Assembly (NCBI GenBank): GCA_034520965.1
Contig: JAXHMY010000009.1
Location: forward strand, 96,001-160,000
Source: Spirochaetia bacterium
GTDB taxonomy: Bacteria > Spirochaetota > Spirochaetia > DSM-16054 > Sediminispirochaetaceae
Direction of reading: 5' to 3'
Length of the DNA: 64,000 nt
The stretch's first letter is position 1; the number at the start of each line of letters is the position of its first letter. A program made the position numbers and the translations under genes. This document shows positions 63,085 to 64,000 of this stretch, one piece after another. The notes beneath the pieces were generated by a model. That model searched no databases, was not told the origin of the DNA, and was given only the letters and a program-made list of their open reading frames with translations.

Positions 63085-64000
63085 ATGAAAATAGCTATCG
63101 GGCAAATAAATACAAAGATCGGTGATTTTGAAGGCAATGTAAACAAAATCATCCATACCGCGGAGCGAGCGGCGGAAGATTTAGCGGAGCTGCTGGTGAT
63201 GCCCGAGATGTGCGTGTGCGGCTACCCTCCGATGGATTTATTGGATTACGACCTGTTTGTGCGTGAGAATCAAAAAGCCCTGCGACGACTGCAGCGGGAG
63301 CTTCCTGCGCAGGTTGCGGTGACGGTTGGGTATGTGGACCGGACCCGGGGCACTTCAGGCAAGCCCTTGCAAAATGTGGTCTCAGTGCTGTATGAGGGTA
63401 AAATTCTGCATACCCAGGCGAAAACCCTGTTGCCGACTTATGATGTGTTTGATGAAGCCCGCTACTTTGAACCTGCCACTGAGAGGCGGGTGTGTGAGCT
63501 GAAGGGAAAGCGCATTGGTATAGCTATTTGTGAAGATATTTGGTGGGAGCAGGAACCGGTGCCGGGCACTCGTTATACCGTTGATCCGGTTAAAGAGTTG
63601 ATGGATGCCGGGGCGGAGATCCTGCTGAGCCCCTCGGCCTCCCCGTTTTTTAAAGGAAAACAGGAGGTCCGGCGGAAATTGCTGGAAAGAATCGGCCATT
63701 CCTCGGGAGTGCCGGCCGTGTATGTGAATATGGTCGGGGGAAACGACAATCTAATTTTCGACGGCTGTTCAATGATTACAGATGCCGATGGACGAATGGT
63801 GAAGTGTGCTAATGAGTTTGCTGAAGACTACTTGGTGTGTGATACCGAGGCTCAGCATCAGAGGACGACGTTGCCGCAGGTGAATGAGAGTGAGAAGCTG
63901 CGGAAAGCACTGGTGATGGGGGTACGAGACTATGTGCATAAGTGTGGTTTCAAGCGGGTCCATCTTGGCTTATCCGGAGGCATTGATTCAGCCTTAGTGG
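63085..64000 (+). CDS. nadE: Glutamine-dependent NAD+ synthetase, partial (runs off window end)
   Basis: MKIAIGQIN..IGDFEGN, PEM..CGYPP.DL, K.LLPTYDVFDEARYF, ICEDIW, SASPF, LGLSGGIDSA. Confidence 0.97.
   Translation, partial: MKIAIGQINTKIGDFEGNVNKIIHTAERAAEDLAELLVMPEMCVCGYPPMDLLDYDLFVRENQKALRRLQRELPAQVAVTVGYVDRTRGTSGKPLQNVVSVLYEGKILHTQAKTLLPTYDVFDEARYFEPATERRVCELKGKRIGIAICEDIWWEQEPVPGTRYTVDPVKELMDAGAEILLSPSASPFFKGKQEVRRKLLERIGHSSGVPAVYVNMVGGNDNLIFDGCSMITDADGRMVKCANEFAEDYLVCDTEAQHQRTTLPQVNESEKLRKALVMGVRDYVHKCGFKRVHLGLSGGIDSALV

Overview
Bacterial chromosomal window, probably from a free-living anaerobic spirochaete (inferred from protein content, not from a marker gene). About 1-60 kb is an accessory, mosaic and partly decayed region. 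It carries an ArsR metal(loid) cluster interrupted by an IS1634-family element with a ~165-bp target duplication, MarR-CDF zinc export, a two-component system with a doubly SGAT-motif lipoprotein, hemerythrin/DUF438/HD-GYP genes, a dense toxin-antitoxin cluster with a MITE and 654-bp direct repeats, a MerR/disulfide-reductase mosaic, a TolC-MacAB-like exporter, DUF1538 with a P-II-like partner, and a lipid-handling cluster. It also holds an intact AraC / DUF5692-like / hypB / 899-aa Fe-S flavoprotein / hypA unit with no hydrogenase or urease, next to a metal-chelate ABC importer that shares an upstream motif with it. That unit is my best candidate for an undescribed, possibly nickel-dependent, system. 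About 60.3-64 kb looks like core genome (DAACS symporter, nadE). Roughly 20 single-base frameshifts occur in the accessory part; I cannot tell true pseudogenes from long-read consensus errors. No rRNA, tRNA or CRISPR array was seen. All family assignments are motif recognition by eye, not database hits.
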